From: an uncultured Bacilli bacterium
Lineage (GTDB): Bacteria; Bacillota_I; Bacilli_A; RF39; UBA660
Assembly (NCBI GenBank): GCA_947623685.1
Contig: CANQHF010000001.1
Location: forward strand, 19,619 to 83,618
DNA length: 64,000 bases
Direction of reading: 5' to 3'
The notes beneath the pieces were generated by a model. It searched no databases. It was given only the letters and a program-made list of their open reading frames with translations, and was not told where the DNA came from. Position numbers and translations under genes: made by a program. Positions 28,252 through 38,090 of this stretch are shown here, in pieces (the first letter of the stretch is position 1; every line of letters begins with the position of its first letter).

Positions 28252-28668
28252 ATGAACACAAATTATTATTCAAATCCTACTTATCCAAACTTAAATACAA
28301 GTGGAATTCAAATGAGTGCAATGGGGGGTGTTGCATCAAGTCCTAGCCAGTCAACTAGTAACGCAAGTAATAATAACCTAGCCGTTATGCAGGCGACTAA
28401 TAATATGCTTGAAATAGAACAGTCATACATTGAAAACATATTAAGACTTAATAAGGGAAAACTAGCAACTTTTTATATGTCTTTTCCAGATTCAGTAGAT
28501 TGGAGAGATAAAACATTTACCGGAATAATAGAAGCAGCCGGAAGAGATCACATAATCATAAGTGATCCTAAAACCGGAAGATGGTACTTACTTCTTATGA
28601 TTTATTTAGACTACGTCGATTTTGATGAGAAGATAAATTATAGTCCAGAGTATTATCCAAATAACTAA
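28252..28668 (+). CDS. gerQ: Spore coat protein GerQ-like
   Basis: 138 aa with a Ser/Asn/Gln-rich N-terminus and a conserved C-terminal block EQSYIENILRLNKGK...TGIIEAAGRDHIIISD, resembling GerQ/YwdL. Confidence 0.45.
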   Translation: MNTNYYSNPTYPNLNTSGIQMSAMGGVASSPSQSTSNASNNNLAVMQATNNMLEIEQSYIENILRLNKGKLATFYMSFPDSVDWRDKTFTGIIEAAGRDHIIISDPKTGRWYLLLMIYLDYVDFDEKINYSPEYYPNN

Positions 28669-28729
28669 CTAAATCTTGTAAATATTATCTACTTTTGTTA
28701 TAATTTAAATTAGAATAGAGGTAGATAAA

Positions 28730-29263
28730 ATGATCATCATATTAATTATTTTAGTACTTGCCATAATATTATTTATTTATAGTATTTGCCATGATAAAAT
28801 TAGCTTTTTAACAATAAAATTATCTAACATAGAAGAAAAAATAAAAAGTACGTTAATTAAAAGAAAAGAATTAATTAAGGATTCTGAAAAAATAATAAAA
28901 GACATAGTAAAAACAGAAAAAGAAATATATAGTGGTTTATCTAATTTAAATGATGAAAAAATTAACATGATGGAATTAGATAGAAAACTATTAGTATATA
29001 TAAGTGAATTTCATCTTATAAAAGATAAATATCAAAAATTACAAAAAAACGAAGATTTTCAAAAGATTGCTTTTAATATTTTAGAAACAGAAGACTTACT
29101 TAATGCTTATAAAAATTATTATAATGATAACGCTCTTAAATATAATAAACTTATTAAAAAGTTTCCAATTATTATCGTCACTCTAATAAAAAGAAGAAAA
29201 GAAAAACTATTCTTTGATGAAAAAAATATAAATGATTTAGATTATAATGATTTTAAATATTAA
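28730..29263 (+). CDS. lemA: LemA family protein
   Basis: 177 aa with an N-terminal TM helix, then a LemA-like domain (NAYKNYYNDNALKYNKLIKKFPIIIVT). Confidence 0.6.
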   Translation: MIIILIILVLAIILFIYSICHDKISFLTIKLSNIEEKIKSTLIKRKELIKDSEKIIKDIVKTEKEIYSGLSNLNDEKINMMELDRKLLVYISEFHLIKDKYQKLQKNEDFQKIAFNILETEDLLNAYKNYYNDNALKYNKLIKKFPIIIVTLIKRRKEKLFFDEKNINDLDYNDFKY

Positions 29264-29269
29264 AGGAGA

Positions 29270-29929
29270 TTAAAAACTAATCTCCTTTTTATTATGTTCT
29301 TTTAAATATTTATTTGTTTTAGAAAATGGCTTACTTCCAAAGAAACCATTATAAGCTGATAAAGGTGAAGGATGTGCTGACTCTATTATGTAATGACTAG
29401 GATTAGTTATAATTCTTTTCTTATCTCTCGCTTGCCTTCCCCATAAAATAAAGACAACGTTATCTAATTTATCATTTATTTGTTTTATTACATAATCAGT
29501 AAATATTTCCCATCCAATATCCTTATGTGAATTAGCCTTATCTTTTTCTACGGTTAATACTGTGTTAAGTAAAAACACTCCTTGTTTAGCCCAGTCTGAT
29601 AAATCAGTATCAGTTCTTTTTATTTTTAAGTCATCATATAACTCTTTAAATATGTTATTTAAAGAAGGTGGTGTTCTAACTCCCCTTCTTACTGAAAACG
29701 AAAGCCCCATCGCTTCTTTTTCGCCATGATAAGGGTCTTGTCCTAAAATAACTACTTTAATATCATTAAAATCAGTTAATTTAAACGCATTAAATAAATC
29801 TTGAGCAGGTGGATATATTGTTTTGGAAAGTCTTTCTTCTTTAATAAAATCTTTAATATATTTAAAATAACTCTTTTGCATTTCATCTTGCAATATCAAA
29901 TCCCAATTATTATGAAACAAGGTTAGCAC
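29270..29929 (-). CDS. ung: uracil-DNA glycosylase
   Basis: 219 aa with the family-1 UDG motifs GQDPYHG and HPSPLSA. Confidence 0.9.
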   Translation of the reverse strand: MLTLFHNNWDLILQDEMQKSYFKYIKDFIKEERLSKTIYPPAQDLFNAFKLTDFNDIKVVILGQDPYHGEKEAMGLSFSVRRGVRTPPSLNNIFKELYDDLKIKRTDTDLSDWAKQGVFLLNTVLTVEKDKANSHKDIGWEIFTDYVIKQINDKLDNVVFILWGRQARDKKRIITNPSHYIIESAHPSPLSAYNGFFGSKPFSKTNKYLKEHNKKEISF

Positions 29930-30157
29930 CTCCTAATAAGTTAATTCTAACTTCCTTTGGTTTTATTATAGCAAATGTATTAAAAATAATAAACAAAAAA
30001 GCTATTTAAAGCTAAACTCCTTGAAATAGTGCAATATCGCTTTCTTTTTTGTAAAACCCCTATTATTTTATATAGCATTTAGATTTTTCTAAAATAAAAG
30101 ATTGATTTGACAAAATATAATCTATAGATATAATAATGCAAAAAGGAGTTTAAAACT

Positions 30158-30898
30158 ATGGATACTATAAATCAAAAAGAAATATTAGATAAAATAAAGC
30201 AGGAAATATGTAGAATTCATCCTATCTTAAGTCCTAGAAAAAATGATGAAAGAAAAGAAATTTCTGTAATGGAAATATATTTTAATTTCGGAGCAACATA
30301 TGATAATACACCCTTTACTTTTATTGGTTTTTTAGATGGAGATGAACACCATAAAAGTACAACCTCCACTTATTATAAATTAGATGAATATATTAATTTA
30401 GAAATGGTTGATCAACTTATTTCTTATTTAATTAGCCAATACCCATATATAAGCGATTTTTCCATTTTTCCACAGTTTTTTTCTTTAAATTTTGCGTATC
30501 CTTGTGAAATGGAAAATCAAGAAGGAATCAGTTGTGATAAAATTATATTAAATTTTACTACACGTACTAAAGAATTTACACCAATATTAAATCAATATTT
30601 ATCAAATATTTTAGTACAATTTACAAATGAATTATCGCGAACTTCAACTTTTCAATATAAATATGCTGAATACTGTAATAATTTGCAAAGAAATATTTTA
30701 AATTCATTAAATGAAAAAGAAATAGAGCAAATGATTGAAATATTACCAATTGAAATGAAAAAAGAATTATTGCAAAAACTTCCAAGTCAATATTTTTTGC
30801 AATTTTATCAAGAACATTATAATAAGGAAGAAGAAGCACTATCAAAACAATTAATTAATAATAAGACACAGCCACCTTTTAAACTACCAAAATCTTAA
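30158..30898 (+). CDS. hypothetical protein
   Basis: 246-aa ORF with good RBS (AAAGGAG); no recognisable family. Confidence 0.4.
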   Translation: MDTINQKEILDKIKQEICRIHPILSPRKNDERKEISVMEIYFNFGATYDNTPFTFIGFLDGDEHHKSTTSTYYKLDEYINLEMVDQLISYLISQYPYISDFSIFPQFFSLNFAYPCEMENQEGISCDKIILNFTTRTKEFTPILNQYLSNILVQFTNELSRTSTFQYKYAEYCNNLQRNILNSLNEKEIEQMIEILPIEMKKELLQKLPSQYFLQFYQEHYNKEEEALSKQLINNKTQPPFKLPKS

Positions 30899-30967
30899 AA
30901 GATATAAAACAAAGTAAAAAATACTTAAATAAAACTAGAAGCAAGTAAAATAATAACAGCTTTTTAA

Positions 30968-30998
30968 GGAACGCAAATAGCGTTTCTTTTTTCTTTGT
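30968..30998 (+). terminator. Candidate rho-independent terminator
   Basis: GGAACGCaaatAGCGTTTC hairpin followed by TTTTTTCTTT. Confidence 0.4.
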
Positions 30999-31171
30999 TA
31001 ATAAATAATTATAAAAGTTATTCACCTAAAAACAAGCACCATAATTATAAAAATTATAGGTGTGTAATTTTTCATAATAAATATTATTTAGAGTTTTACT
31101 TTACTTACATTTTTTTATTAGCTATAAATAATAAAATGAATAATGCTCAAAATATACCATATTATAATAAT

Positions 31172-31224
31172 ATACCGATGACGGTATAAAATATATTGAC
31201 AGATACTACCGATGTCGGTATAAT
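31172..31224 (+). promoter_or_regulatory. fic promoter with two palindromic operator-like sites
   Basis: -35 TTGACA (31196-31201), 17-nt spacer, -10 TATAAT (31219-31224). Palindromes ATACCGATGACGGTAT (31172-31187) and TACCGATGTCGGTA (31207-31220) lie upstream of and inside the spacer. Confidence 0.5.
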
Positions 31225-31242
31225 GTAAATAGAGGTGTAATT

Positions 31243-32169
31243 ATGGAATTTATGACTACAAAAGAAGCTGTAAAAAAATGGAATATTAGTGAAAGAAGAA
31301 TAAGACAATTATTACAAGACGGAAGAATTGATGGTGCAATTAAAGTAGATAATAATTGGAATATTCCTATTAATGCTAATAAACCTGCCGATAAAAGAAG
31401 TATTAAATTTGATAATACTAAATTTAAATTTGAATTACCTGATAATTATTTTGATGAAGTCGATAAATTAAATAAGAAATTAAGTTCTAAAAGACCTATA
31501 CCAAAAGAAACACTAAAATCTTTAAAAGAATCTATTAATTTAGAATGGACTTATAATAGCAATGGCATAGAAGGAAATACGTTAACTTTAAGAGAAACAC
31601 AAGTTGTTTTAGAAGGTATTACAGTTGGTGGTAAATCTTTAAAAGAACATTTAGAAGCTATTAATCATGAACAAGCAATATTATTTTTGGATGATCTTAT
31701 TAAAGATAAAAAGCCAATTACTGAATCCAATATTAAAAATATTCATCAATTAGTATTAAAAGAAATTGATGATAAGAATGCTGGTAAATATAGAGATGAG
31801 AATGTAAAAATAAAAGGTGCCACACATATTCCACCAGATTATTTAATTGTTCCAGAATTAATGAAAAAATTAATTATTAACTATGATGATTGGAAAAAAT
31901 ACCATCCAATAATAAGAGCTTCCTTATTACACGGAGAATTAGTTAAAATTCATCCATTTGTTGATGGTAACGGAAGAACTTCAAGATTAGTTATGAATCT
32001 ATCTTTAATGAATAGTGGATATCTTCCAGTAATCATAAAAAAAGAAAAAAGATTAGAATACTATAATGCATTAGATAAGGCACATACTACTGGAGATTAT
32101 ACTGATTTTGTCAAATTAGTTAATGAATTAGAAATTGAAATGTTAAATAAATATTTAGAATTATTATAA
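31243..32169 (+). CDS. fic: Fic family protein with N-terminal HTH
   Basis: Fic motif HPFVDGNGRTSR; N-terminal excisionase/MerR-like HTH (TTKEAVKKWNISERRIRQLLQDGRI). Confidence 0.8.
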   Translation: MEFMTTKEAVKKWNISERRIRQLLQDGRIDGAIKVDNNWNIPINANKPADKRSIKFDNTKFKFELPDNYFDEVDKLNKKLSSKRPIPKETLKSLKESINLEWTYNSNGIEGNTLTLRETQVVLEGITVGGKSLKEHLEAINHEQAILFLDDLIKDKKPITESNIKNIHQLVLKEIDDKNAGKYRDENVKIKGATHIPPDYLIVPELMKKLIINYDDWKKYHPIIRASLLHGELVKIHPFVDGNGRTSRLVMNLSLMNSGYLPVIIKKEKRLEYYNALDKAHTTGDYTDFVKLVNELEIEMLNKYLELL

Positions 32170-32190
32170 AAAAATAACAAACAAAAAGAG

Positions 32191-32637
32191 CTATTTATGA
32201 TAGCTTTCATTATTTATTATTTTAAATGAACGATATATTTGTTCTAATAAAATTATCCTAAACAATTGATGTGGAAAAGTTAAATCAGAAAATGATATAG
32301 AGCAATTTGCTCTTTTTATAACTTCTTCTGATAATCCGTATGAACCACCTATTACGAAAGTAATATTATTAGAAATATTATGGTTAATAAAACTTGATAA
32401 CTCTCTTGAATCTAGCTTTTTACCATTTATTTGTAAAGCAACAACATAATCTTTATCTAAAATTTTAGAAAGAATATTTTTACCTTCTTCGTTAATTGTC
32501 TTTACTAAATCATAATTATAATCTGGTAGTTCTATTATTTCTAATTTAGTGTACTTGGATATTCTTTTTTCATATTCTTTTATTGCTTCCATAAAGTACT
32601 TTTCTTTAACTTTTCCAACACATATTATTTTTATCAT
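32191..32637 (-). CDS. rlmH: 23S rRNA (pseudouridine1915-N3)-methyltransferase RlmH
   Basis: SPOUT fold; MIKIICVGKVKEKY... matches RlmH, with the start placed at that Met rather than the upstream ORF-track start. Confidence 0.8.
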   Translation of the reverse strand: MIKIICVGKVKEKYFMEAIKEYEKRISKYTKLEIIELPDYNYDLVKTINEEGKNILSKILDKDYVVALQINGKKLDSRELSSFINHNISNNITFVIGGSYGLSEEVIKRANCSISFSDLTFPHQLFRIILLEQIYRSFKIINNESYHK

Positions 32638-33404
32638 ACTTCTATCCAATCCGTTCTTTGTTTTTGCTTTGCAATTATTATGTTTTCTACGCTTTTATTT
32701 TCTTTTTTTAAAGTATCATTTAAGGTATTCAAAGCTTTTTCGTATGTATTATTATCATCACTTAAGTGTGCTAAAACAATGGTTTTAGTTTTATTTCCAA
32801 TTAACTTACTAAGATAATACGACGCATCAGTATTAGATAAATGTCCTTTATCACTTAAAATTCTCTTTTTTAAATGAAACGGATATTTTCCATCCATAAG
32901 CATCTTTACGTCATGATTACTTTCTATTATATATAAATTGCGATTTTTTAATTTTTCAAAATACCTATTGTTTAAGTATCCCGTATCGGTTATATAAACC
33001 ATTGACTTATCATCGTTTTTTATTATAAAGCCAACCGTACCAGAAACATCGTGTGATAATTTTATTACTTCTATACTTAAATCATCAATTTTGAATTCTG
33101 AATCATCATAAACAACATAATCAAAATCATCAACGTATTCTTTTAATAAACCTAATATTGTTTTATTAACATATAATTTAGGATGATAATCTTTTAAAAA
33201 TACCTTAAGTCCTTGAACGTGATCAATGTGGGTGTGTGTTATTAAAATAGCTTTTATTTCTTTTGGATCCACTTTTAACTCATCTAATTTTTCTAACACA
33301 TAAGACCTAGTAACACCAAGATCAATTAAAATCTTGGTGTTATTAGTTTGAATTAAACTACAATTTCCCCTACTACCACTTGATAATACTACTGTTTTCA
33401 TCAT
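32634..33404 (-). CDS. MBL-fold metallo-hydrolase (YycJ/WalJ-like)
   Basis: HTHIDH metallo-beta-lactamase motif; 256 aa. Confidence 0.75.
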   Translation of the reverse strand: MMKTVVLSSGSRGNCSLIQTNNTKILIDLGVTRSYVLEKLDELKVDPKEIKAILITHTHIDHVQGLKVFLKDYHPKLYVNKTILGLLKEYVDDFDYVVYDDSEFKIDDLSIEVIKLSHDVSGTVGFIIKNDDKSMVYITDTGYLNNRYFEKLKNRNLYIIESNHDVKMLMDGKYPFHLKKRILSDKGHLSNTDASYYLSKLIGNKTKTIVLAHLSDDNNTYEKALNTLNDTLKKENKSVENIIIAKQKQRTDWIEV

Positions 33405-34876
33405 CTGTATAAAATCATTGGATCCATTGGAATACCATTTCTATATGGTAAACCGTTTTTATATAAGCCAAAGTGCAAGTGAGTACCAGTTGCAAATCCA
33501 GTATGTCCCATCGTTCCAATTTGTTGCGCTTTTTGAACCGTTTGTCCAACGGATACTAATCTTGAACTCATATGAGCATATAAAGTGTAATAACCATTAC
33601 CATGATCAATCGTTACATGGTTACCTAAACTTCCTTTGTTTTGAGATGTTACTACCGTACCTGATCCTGCAGCAAATATTGGAGAACCTTCACCACTACC
33701 AGCAATGTCTAATGCTTCGTGGATTTTACCCCAACGATAACCAAAGTAACTTGAAATATAATATTTAGAAATAGTAGGCCATACCCAAGATCCCGTCATA
33801 ATTGCTGGAGTTCCACCACCAGAATAAACTTTAGTACCAACTTTTACCACCTTATCAATGGAAGGCGTTAAAGTTTCAGAATTCAAAGTAACTGCGTTAT
33901 TTATTTCGCCATTTACCTTTTTAATTTTCATAGTAAGTCTATTAAGACCATTTTGACCTTCAGTTATAACTTTTTCAGTTCCATACATCATCGTTGGATC
34001 TTCTTCAGTTACCGTGTTATATTGACTTTCTTGATCAACTACGCTATGAGTTTCAACAACAACGTCCACTATAGGATTTATTAATCCTACCTTAACTTGC
34101 TGACCTACTGATAATAAATTATTAGCACTAGTAAACTCTGGATTAACAATTAAAAACTCTTCGGTTGCAAGTTTATTATTATAAGCAATAGAATCTATGG
34201 TATCTCCTTCTTGAACGGTGTAATATTGATCTTCTTTTAATTCACCAAACATCAAATATTTAGTAAGTGTTTTTTCATCAGTAAATATATCTTCATCAGT
34301 TGATATATAGCTATGTTTTATGGTAATGTTTTGATCAACGTATATATCTTCTATTAAATCACCAGTTTCCTTAATTTCTGGTTGTGTATCATTTTCATAA
34401 TTTAAAACATCTTCCTTTGGTACGAAAGCGTTTACAACTGATTTAATTGCTTTATCAAAGATATCCTTATTAAGAACATTTAATATGATATCATCTTCCC
34501 CTTCGGTATTAGATTTAATTGTTATTTTATATCCTTCAACGGTAAAAGGCTTTTCTTTTGTTATAATATTATTAATTTGTTTTGCCGTTAAAACATTCTT
34601 TTCATAAGTTACGCACTTTTGAATATCAACACCCGTTGGAACATAAACTTTGTCAACGCCATATTTTTCTTTTATTTCTTTTTGTTCTTCATTGATGTAA
34701 TCTTCCAATTTTTGTTTATCCTTTACGTTTCCAACAACTTTTCCATCAAGATATACTTTATATACTTGTTTAGGACTAAGCTCGTACCTATCCGCAAAAT
34801 TAACAAACATAACAATTAAGAAAGAAACTATGCATGCAAAAACATATATTAACCCCGTTTTTATTACTTTCATCAT
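33401..34876 (-). CDS. M23 family metallopeptidase, membrane-anchored
   Basis: C-terminal LytM/M23 motifs (HxxxD ... GHTGFATGTHLHFG) and an N-terminal TM helix; 491 aa. Confidence 0.75.
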   Translation of the reverse strand: MMKVIKTGLIYVFACIVSFLIVMFVNFADRYELSPKQVYKVYLDGKVVGNVKDKQKLEDYINEEQKEIKEKYGVDKVYVPTGVDIQKCVTYEKNVLTAKQINNIITKEKPFTVEGYKITIKSNTEGEDDIILNVLNKDIFDKAIKSVVNAFVPKEDVLNYENDTQPEIKETGDLIEDIYVDQNITIKHSYISTDEDIFTDEKTLTKYLMFGELKEDQYYTVQEGDTIDSIAYNNKLATEEFLIVNPEFTSANNLLSVGQQVKVGLINPIVDVVVETHSVVDQESQYNTVTEEDPTMMYGTEKVITEGQNGLNRLTMKIKKVNGEINNAVTLNSETLTPSIDKVVKVGTKVYSGGGTPAIMTGSWVWPTISKYYISSYFGYRWGKIHEALDIAGSGEGSPIFAAGSGTVVTSQNKGSLGNHVTIDHGNGYYTLYAHMSSRLVSVGQTVQKAQQIGTMGHTGFATGTHLHFGLYKNGLPYRNGIPMDPMILYR

Positions 34877-34878
34877 AA

Positions 34879-36228
34879 TTATTCACCACTTTCCCTTTTA
34901 AAATTAACAAAGGTAGATGTATCTTTTTTAAATAATAACTCAATCGTAGTTGTTGGTCCACTTCTGTTTTTTCCTATAATGAACTCAGTTATACTAGCAT
35001 TATCATCTCTTCTTGCTTCTTTATTATAATAATCATCTCTATATAAGAATGATACAATGTCGGCATCTTGCTCAATAGAACCTGATTCCCTTAAATCACT
35101 CATTATTGGTCTTTTATCTTCCCTTGATTCAACAGCACGTGATAATTGTGCTAAAGCAATTACGGGAACACCTAACTCAAGAGCCATAGTTTTTAAACTA
35201 CGAGATATTTCTGATACTTCTTGCTGTCTATTTAAAGCAGATGATGAGCCTGATACAAGTTGCAAATAATCTATTACAACCAAACCAAGTTTTTTATCCG
35301 AACTTGCAAGTCTTCTACATTTGCTTCTTATTTCCCCAATTGTTATACCAGGAGTATCATCTAAATAAAGGTTAGCATCTGATAATTGACTAATAGCTTC
35401 ATTTAATCTTTTCCAATCATTATGTTCCAATCTTCCGTTACGCATCTTACTACCATTTATTTGCCCTAAAGATTGTAAGATTCTGTTTGCTAGTTGCTCT
35501 GCACTCATTTCTAAATTAAACAAAGCAACCGCTTTTTCACTATGCATTGCTGCATAAGTTGCTAAATTAAGAGCAAAAGATGTTTTTCCCATTGAAGGAC
35601 GAGCTGCAACTATTATTAACTGACTTGGCTGAAGCCCTGCTGTTAATTTATCAAAATCAAAAAATCCGGTCGCAAGACCAGTAATTTCTGATCCTTGTTC
35701 TGCTAATTTTTGTAAATTAGCTTGCTCTTTATAGGCAACATCTTGAATTCTTTGAAATTCAGTTGTCTTTCTCATGTTTCCAATTCTAAGCATTTTCATC
35801 TCGGCATTATCAAGTACTTTATATATTGAATCTTCTGATGAATATACTTCATTGGCTATTTCAGTTGCGGTTTCAATTATTTTTCTACCAACCATTTTTT
35901 CCTTAACGATATTTATGTAATACTCAACGTTTGAAGCACTTGGTACCGAATCTATTATCTCTGATAAATATTCAACATTACCAACTTGACTTAGTATTTT
36001 TTTATCAGCTAATTTATTGGTAACAATCGTTAAATCAATTGGTTTTGAATCATCATTTAACTCTTGTAACGTTTGAAATATTTTAGCGTTTGCTTCATTA
36101 TTAAAATGTTCAGGAGATAACTCATCACAAATTTTTTGTAAAGCAACACCTGATAAAAAGGCAGAGCCTAACACTGCTTTTTCAGCTTCTAATGATTCTG
36201 GTATTTTTCTTTCCGCCATTTTTATCAC
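34879..36228 (-). CDS. dnaB: replicative DNA helicase
   Basis: 449 aa with Walker A GKTSFALN, Walker B VIDYLQL, and DnaB N-terminal domain motifs. Confidence 0.9.
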   Translation of the reverse strand: MIKMAERKIPESLEAEKAVLGSAFLSGVALQKICDELSPEHFNNEANAKIFQTLQELNDDSKPIDLTIVTNKLADKKILSQVGNVEYLSEIIDSVPSASNVEYYINIVKEKMVGRKIIETATEIANEVYSSEDSIYKVLDNAEMKMLRIGNMRKTTEFQRIQDVAYKEQANLQKLAEQGSEITGLATGFFDFDKLTAGLQPSQLIIVAARPSMGKTSFALNLATYAAMHSEKAVALFNLEMSAEQLANRILQSLGQINGSKMRNGRLEHNDWKRLNEAISQLSDANLYLDDTPGITIGEIRSKCRRLASSDKKLGLVVIDYLQLVSGSSSALNRQQEVSEISRSLKTMALELGVPVIALAQLSRAVESREDKRPIMSDLRESGSIEQDADIVSFLYRDDYYNKEARRDDNASITEFIIGKNRSGPTTTIELLFKKDTSTFVNFKRESGE

Positions 36229-36233
36229 TTCCT

Positions 36234-36674
36234 TTATTTAATTACGTTAACAGTTACTTTTGCTTGAACTTTTTTATGTAAATTTATTTTTACTTCATGA
36301 TATCCTAAAGAACTAATTGGACTATCTAAAATTATTTTTTTCTTATCTATTTTATATCCTTGCTTTTCTAATTCACTTGCAATTTGCTTTGTTGATATAG
36401 TTCCAAATACTTGATCTTTAGCACCTGTTTTAACTTTAAAAGTTATAAGAGTATCTTTTAGATGCGTCTTTATTAATTCACACTCTTTTATTAAAGACGC
36501 TTCTTTATCTTGTTTTTGCTTATTACTAATATCTAATATTTCTTTACTTCTTTTGGTATACAAAACTGCATATCCGTTTTTTATTAAAAAGTTTTGTGCA
36601 TAACCATCTTTAACTTCCTTTATGTCTCCTGATTTGCCTTGACCTTTAACATCTTTTATAAAAATTACCTTCAT
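36234..36674 (-). CDS. rplI: 50S ribosomal protein L9
   Basis: MKVIFIKDVKGQGKSGDIKEVKDGYAQNFL is a canonical L9 start; the ORF-track start further upstream is probably spurious. Confidence 0.85.
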   Translation of the reverse strand: MKVIFIKDVKGQGKSGDIKEVKDGYAQNFLIKNGYAVLYTKRSKEILDISNKQKQDKEASLIKECELIKTHLKDTLITFKVKTGAKDQVFGTISTKQIASELEKQGYKIDKKKIILDSPISSLGYHEVKINLHKKVQAKVTVNVIK

Positions 36675-36775
36675 AATTAGCCCCACCTTTCTAATTAATC
36701 TTGCATGAATATTATAACACACATATTAATTATTTAAAAGAAAAGAAAGCACAATAATTTTATGCCTTCTTTTAA

Positions 36776-36991
36776 CTATTTTGTAAATGGAAGTAAAGCT
36801 ATCATTCTAGCTCTTTTAATTTGTTGTGCAATGTGTCTTTGGTGTTTAGCACAAGCTCCCGTTACCCTTCTTGGTAATATTTTACCTTTTTCATTTATAT
36901 ATTTTTTTAAGATTTCAGGATCTTTATAATCTACGTCTTTACCAGCACACATTTGACAAACTTTCTTTTTCTTTCTAAAAAACTCTGCCAT
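36776..36991 (-). CDS. rpsR: 30S ribosomal protein S18
   Basis: 71 aa with the S18 motif [12 protein letters not shown]...ARMIALLP. Confidence 0.9.
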   Translation of the reverse strand: MAEFFRKKKKVCQMCAGKDVDYKDPEILKKYINEKGKILPRRVTGACAKHQRHIAQQIKRARMIALLPFTK

Positions 36992-37015
36992 TTGTATTCC
37001 TCCTTTTTTAAATTA

Positions 37016-37486
37016 TTAAAAAGCTATATCATCGTCACTTATTTCTATACTACTACCAAAATCCGCGAAAACATCATCAGAAACGTTTGTTTCCTTTGGT
37101 GCTTCATCAGTTTGAAAATCAGCTGGAGATACTTCATTAGTGTTATCTTCATTTTGCACACCAGAAGAATTTCTAGTATCTAAAAACTGAACACGATCTG
37201 CAACAACTTCGGTTACATAAACACGTTTACCATCTTTATCTTCGTAGTTTCTGGTTTGAATTCTTCCATCAACGGCTACCAAAGAACCTTTCCCAACGTA
37301 TTTTTTTATGTTTTCTGCTTGCTTTTGAAAGGCAACAATATTAATAAAATCAGTTTCTCTTTGACCTTGATTATTAGTGTATTGTCTATCAATTGCTATA
37401 GAAAAATTTACTATCGCAGCATTACTTGATGAATATCTTAACTCCGGATCCCTTGTTAGTCTTCCGATTAAAAACGCTTTATTCAT
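37016..37486 (-). CDS. ssb: single-stranded DNA-binding protein
   Basis: OB-fold N-terminus (MNKAFLIGRLTRDPELRY) and acidic C-terminal tail DDDIAF. Confidence 0.9.
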   Translation of the reverse strand: MNKAFLIGRLTRDPELRYSSSNAAIVNFSIAIDRQYTNNQGQRETDFINIVAFQKQAENIKKYVGKGSLVAVDGRIQTRNYEDKDGKRVYVTEVVADRVQFLDTRNSSGVQNEDNTNEVSPADFQTDEAPKETNVSDDVFADFGSSIEISDDDIAF

Positions 37487-37505
37487 TTTACTTTCCTTTC
37501 AATTA

Positions 37506-37790
37506 CTAATCTTCTTTAACGATTAAATGACGAATAACATCTTCATTTATTAAAGCTAAACGATCAAATTCATTGATTGCTTTAGCATCATTTGCTTCTA
37601 AATTAATTAGATAATAATAACCGGTTTTATGACCGTTTATTTCATATGCTAACTCTTTTTGACCTAAATCTTTTGAAGATGTAACCTTAGCACCATTATC
37701 TTCCAAAACTTTTTCAAAACCTTTGGCAACTTCCTTTACTTTTTCTTCTTCAAGGTTAGGTCTTACAATGAACATAATTTCATATTTCAT
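37506..37790 (-). CDS. rpsF: 30S ribosomal protein S6
   Basis: 94 aa beginning MKYEIMFIVRP, characteristic of S6. Confidence 0.9.
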   Translation of the reverse strand: MKYEIMFIVRPNLEEEKVKEVAKGFEKVLEDNGAKVTSSKDLGQKELAYEINGHKTGYYYLINLEANDAKAINEFDRLALINEDVIRHLIVKED

Positions 37791-37875
37791 TTTATCTATC
37801 CTCCTCTTTTGGTCTTATCGGTCTTTCATCCTGTGAAAGACAAGAGAGTAAAATCCATTACTCGCTTTGTATTAT
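37791..37875 (-). promoter_or_regulatory. rpsF leader with stem-loop (possible S6:S18 autoregulatory element) and -10 box
   Basis: Minus strand has TTGTTATAATAC, then leader hairpin GTCTTTCAcaggaTGAAAGAC immediately upstream of the rpsF RBS. Confidence 0.35.
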
Positions 37876-37879
37876 AACA

Positions 37880-37912
37880 AAAAAGAAGATTAATGTAAAC
37901 CTTCTTTTAAAA
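37880..37912 (-). terminator. Rho-independent terminator downstream of ychF
   Basis: Minus strand hairpin AAGAAGGTTtacattaATCTTCTT followed by TTTTTG. Confidence 0.5.
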
Positions 37913-38090
37913 CATATTCAAATTAATAATTTATAATGCCTATTACTTATTTTTTTTAGTAACTTCATTTACTTTGCTATCGGCGAACTGTTTTGTTTGT
38001 TTAAATAAATCTAAATCAGTAGCTTCATCCATTAATTTACTTGTAGCTTTTTCATCCTTTACTTGTGATATTTTATTTATATTCTTTTTA

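Noticed and set aside
33418-33768. 116-aa plus-strand ORF within the M23 peptidase gene
   Set aside because: Antisense shadow ORF; no start context.
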